This document shows positions 60,901 to 64,000 of a stretch of DNA of 64,000 nucleotides, one piece after another. The position numbers were made by a program, and so were the translations under genes. Origin of the DNA: Desulfomonilia bacterium (GTDB taxonomy: Bacteria; Desulfobacterota; Desulfomonilia; UBA1062); the NCBI GenBank assembly GCA_963664325.2, contig CAXXDQ010000007.1:576001-640000 (forward strand), read 5' to 3'. Positions within the stretch are counted from its first letter, which is position 1, and every line of letters starts with the position of its first letter. The notes beneath the pieces were generated by a model that was not told the origin of the DNA, did no database searches, and worked only from the letters and a program-made list of their open reading frames with translations.

Positions 60901-61245
60901 ATGGGTTACATGGAAGAGTTTGAAAAGCAGCAGATGAAAAGCGAACAGCCTGAGCTCCGGATAGGAGATAAGGTAAAGGTCTCCACAAGGATTATTGAAG
61001 GCAACAAACAGCGTACACAGATTTTCGAAGGCACAGTTATAGGAAGACACAGAGGAGCAAATCGAGAGACAGTTACAGTCAGAAAAGTATCCCATGGAGT
61101 TGGTGTTGAAAGGGTATTTCCTGTTCACTCTCCGAATGTGGAGAAGATTGAGGTTATTACCCATACAAGAGTCAGAAGGGCAAAGCTGTATTTCCTCAGG
61201 GAACTCAGAGGAAAGTCAGCGAGGCTCAAGGAGCTTACTCAGTAG
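60901..61245 (+). CDS. rplS: 50S ribosomal protein L19
   Basis: [21 protein letters not shown] and [10 protein letters not shown]. Confidence 0.97.
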   Translation: MGYMEEFEKQQMKSEQPELRIGDKVKVSTRIIEGNKQRTQIFEGTVIGRHRGANRETVTVRKVSHGVGVERVFPVHSPNVEKIEVITHTRVRRAKLYFLRELRGKSARLKELTQ

Positions 61246-61248
61246 AAG

Positions 61249-61857
61249 ATGGCTCTCGAAGAGGGTCTATTAACCAGAGGGGTCTGGCCCCTCTGTGGTA
61301 TTGACGAAGCGGGAAGAGGACCGCTGGCAGGTCCTGTTGTAGCCGCGGCAGCAATAATATCTCCTTTCTCACCTCTGAGAAACATGGTCAGGGACTCAAA
61401 GAAACTAAGCCCATCCAAACGTGAATACCTTTATGAATTGCTTATGTCTTCAGATGATGTTAGCTGCGGCATTGCCATGGTTGACGAACAAGTGATCGAT
61501 AAAATCAACATTCTTAAAGCAACCATGATGGCGATGGAACAATCTGTTAACAATCTGAAGGTTAAGCCTTTATATGCACTTGTAGACGGTAACAGAAAAC
61601 CGAACCTCTCATGTGAATGTATCCCGGTTATAGGCGGAGATGCCACTGAACCCTCAATCTCCGCCGCAAGCATAATTGCGAAAGTTACAAGAGACAGGCA
61701 TATGCTCGATATGGATAGTCTTTATCCCGGTTACGGATTCAGAATACACAAAGGTTATCCTACAAGAGATCATTATACGGCTATATACAGATTCGGCCCA
61801 TGCCCCATACACAGAAAATCATTCAAAGGTGTTCTTGTCAATGCAGACAGAATCTGA
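61249..61857 (+). CDS. rnhB: Ribonuclease HII
   Basis: GIDEAGRGPLAGPV, DSKKL, SAASIIAKV and HKGYPT. Confidence 0.96.
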   Translation: MALEEGLLTRGVWPLCGIDEAGRGPLAGPVVAAAAIISPFSPLRNMVRDSKKLSPSKREYLYELLMSSDDVSCGIAMVDEQVIDKINILKATMMAMEQSVNNLKVKPLYALVDGNRKPNLSCECIPVIGGDATEPSISAASIIAKVTRDRHMLDMDSLYPGYGFRIHKGYPTRDHYTAIYRFGPCPIHRKSFKGVLVNADRI

Positions 61858-61858
61858 G

Positions 61859-62290
61859 ATGAATTCCATGGAGAGTGGCAGTAGATCCCTTATTAGGAAT
61901 TTTTTTGACCGGATTAGAGGCGGCAGAACCGGCGGAATCAACCGGACGTCGGTCGAAAAAGGCCGTGCGGGAGAGGATACCGCTGCATCATATCTCAAAA
62001 AAATAGGTTTTAAGATCATTCAAAGAAATTTCAGGTGGTACGGAAACGAGATTGACATTATTGCCAGGGACAAAGATTACATAGTTTTCATTGAGGTTAA
62101 GGCAAGCTCATCTCAAGATTACGACCACCCCCTTATGTGGATTTCCGAATCAAAACAGAAACGCATTATCAGGGCATCCGAAGGATTCCTTACATTAAAT
62201 AAAATATCAGTTCACCCTGTCAGGTTTGATATCCTGGCGATAGACGTGACAGGAAGCATAAGCCATATCAAGGATGCGTTCAGGGCTTAG
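61859..62290 (+). CDS. yraN: YraN family (UPF0102) endonuclease-like protein
   Basis: GEDTAA, EIDIIA, FIEVK and RFD. Confidence 0.88.
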   Translation: MNSMESGSRSLIRNFFDRIRGGRTGGINRTSVEKGRAGEDTAASYLKKIGFKIIQRNFRWYGNEIDIIARDKDYIVFIEVKASSSQDYDHPLMWISESKQKRIIRASEGFLTLNKISVHPVRFDILAIDVTGSISHIKDAFRA

Positions 62291-62735
62291 ACCAAGGTTT
62301 TTATGCGATAAAAATCTTGGCAGACTTGCAAAGTGGCTTAGATTATTGGGATTTGATACATTATATATGAAAAATATGAGAGAAGACGTGATCAAAGAAG
62401 GGTGTCTGGATGGTAGGATAATTCTGACCAAATCAGAAAGATTATCATCTCAAAAAGGCTATTTCCTTATAAAATCAAACCATATTGCCGAACAGATAAA
62501 GGAAGTGAACGATAATTTCTTTTTAAACAGCCAATCAACGCTATTTTCCCGCTGCATCATATGCAACGAACCCCTTGTATCCGCAGACAGAATAGAAGCA
62601 ACTGGTCATGTGCCCGAATATGTTTTAAACACAGTCGACTCATTCATGAGCTGCCCGAATTGCAACAGGTTCTACTGGCAGGGGAGCCATATAAAGCATG
62701 TCGCTGAAACAATACAAAACATACTGGAGAAGTGA
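62274..62735 (+). CDS. Mut7-C RNase (PIN) domain protein with Zn ribbon
   Basis: FLCDKNLGRLAKWLRLLGFD, RCIICN and CPNC..FYWQGSH. Confidence 0.88.
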   Translation: MRSGLRPRFLCDKNLGRLAKWLRLLGFDTLYMKNMREDVIKEGCLDGRIILTKSERLSSQKGYFLIKSNHIAEQIKEVNDNFFLNSQSTLFSRCIICNEPLVSADRIEATGHVPEYVLNTVDSFMSCPNCNRFYWQGSHIKHVAETIQNILEK

Positions 62736-63826
62736 ACGTGATTACAAAACAGGAACTGGAAGAAAAGCTTCTAAATATTGTCAAGGGAAGACGCAAAGTC
62801 CTGATAATGGTTCATGACAACCCTGATCCTGACAGCATTGCCTCTGCTTATGCACTCAAATACATCTTCAAGAAAACCATGGGTGTTCAGTCTGTCATTA
62901 CATATGGCGGTATTATCGGAAGATCCGAAAATAAAAATATGGTTCAGATTCTTGACATAGACATGGTTCACACCAGCAAAATCAACCCCAGGAACTATTC
63001 GATAATTGCTTTTGTGGACTGCCAGCCTTATACAGGCAATGTCCATCTTAACAAAGGCGTGACAGCTTCCATAGTCATTGACCATCATCCTATAAGAAAA
63101 CAGACTTTGAATGCCGAATTCATAGACGTCCGCAAGGAGATGGGTTCAACATCCACAATTATTACACAATACATCCGCACACTCGGTATAAGAATCGACA
63201 GCAAGGTTGCAACAGCACTTGTTTACGGGATAAAAACCGATATAAGCGGTACCGGCAGGATTTCATCGGAAGTGGATGAAAGGGCCTTCGCCTTTCTGTA
63301 TCCGTATGTTCTTCAAAAAAAACTGGCAAAAATTGAGAATCCTAAACTGCCGAGAGAGTATTTTAACGAGCTTTATTCAATACTGAAAAGTGCCATGATC
63401 TATGAAGATGCTGTCGTTGCAAAAGTTGAAAGAATCGGCTGGCCTGAAATGATAGGTGAATTTGCAGATGAACTTATCAGGATCGAGGGTATAAGGTGGT
63501 GTCTGTGTTATGGAAGACACAATGGGGGCATTCTTTTTTCAATCCGAACCACAAGATCAAATCATATGGCAGGTGTCCTCGCAAACAAGATATGCCATGG
63601 AATAGGCTCGGGCGGCGGTCACGAAACCTATGCAGCAGGTAGAATCGATCTTGCCCAGGCATTAAAAAAAGTCAAAGACCCCGAAGAAACCCTGCTAAGA
63701 AGATTTTTAAGGGAAGTAAATTCCAGGGAAATTGAGCCCGAACCCCTTATTAATAAGAGTCCAGAAGAAATGAATATAGAAACAGAACCAACAGAAAATA
63801 CCAATTCGTTCAGGAAGTCTCAGTAA
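62732..63826 (+). CDS. DHH/DHHA1 family phosphoesterase (NrnA-like)
   Basis: HDNPDPD, IDHH and GGGHETYAAG. Confidence 0.9.
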   Translation: MNVITKQELEEKLLNIVKGRRKVLIMVHDNPDPDSIASAYALKYIFKKTMGVQSVITYGGIIGRSENKNMVQILDIDMVHTSKINPRNYSIIAFVDCQPYTGNVHLNKGVTASIVIDHHPIRKQTLNAEFIDVRKEMGSTSTIITQYIRTLGIRIDSKVATALVYGIKTDISGTGRISSEVDERAFAFLYPYVLQKKLAKIENPKLPREYFNELYSILKSAMIYEDAVVAKVERIGWPEMIGEFADELIRIEGIRWCLCYGRHNGGILFSIRTTRSNHMAGVLANKICHGIGSGGGHETYAAGRIDLAQALKKVKDPEETLLRRFLREVNSREIEPEPLINKSPEEMNIETEPTENTNSFRKSQ

Positions 63827-63884
63827 AACATGCCTGTATATTAGTCATCTGCCTGGAAGATCTCGGGAAATGCTATTTCCCTAC

Positions 63885-64000
63885 TCAGATTCTACCCGCC
63901 TTTTCAAGGATAGATGTTGAAGAATAACCTTCTTTGAATGGCAGGGAATATACCTTTCCCCCGCCAGCTGTAACTATGTCGGCACCGACAATTTTATCAA
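63885..64000 (-). CDS. 3' end of D-glycero-beta-D-manno-heptose-1-phosphate adenylyltransferase (RfaE2/HldE C-terminus), partial
   Basis: The minus strand reads DKIVGADIVTAGGGKVYSLPFKEGYSSTSILEKAGRI*. Confidence 0.7.
   Translation of the reverse strand, partial: DKIVGADIVTAGGGKVYSLPFKEGYSSTSILEKAGRI

Overview
This is a chromosomal window of an anaerobic Gram-negative bacterium; gene content suggests Desulfobacterota ('deltaproteobacterial'), which is an inference. From left to right it holds: secreted or membrane hydrolases; a PAS hybrid kinase; FadL and OmpA outer-membrane proteins; a lipoprotein neutral ceramidase; two tandem linalool dehydratase/isomerase (Ldi)-domain lipoproteins with a DUF4418-ABC exporter; a group A [FeFe]-hydrogenase with aspA-hydFGE; a split transketolase divergent from a long dsrABD-N-C-(M'K')-MKJOP-ackA-xsc operon; a HAD-GDPD fusion lipoprotein; a sphingosine-1-phosphate (S1P)-lyase homolog coupled to a taurine-transaminase-like gene; a cupin/ADP-forming CoA ligase/RpiB/IolD-like/Gfo-Idh-MocA-SCP2/mgsA operon; tRNA-Gln; and the rpsP-rimM-trmD-rplS-rnhB block. 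The main hypothesis is that the region encodes single-organism sulfolipid mineralisation feeding sulfite respiration. In it, the S1P-lyase homolog cleaves capnine (the sulfonate analogue of sphinganine-1-phosphate) to taurine plus a fatty aldehyde. Taurine then goes to sulfoacetaldehyde, which Xsc splits into acetyl-phosphate (to AckA, ATP) and sulfite (to DsrAB). A possible second feeder is sulfoquinovose via a sulfo-transketolase route. Nine single G/C insertions in homopolymer runs break five genes, including dsrB, and are most likely assembly errors. No CRISPR array or mobile element was seen. All family calls come from motif recognition; no database search was run.
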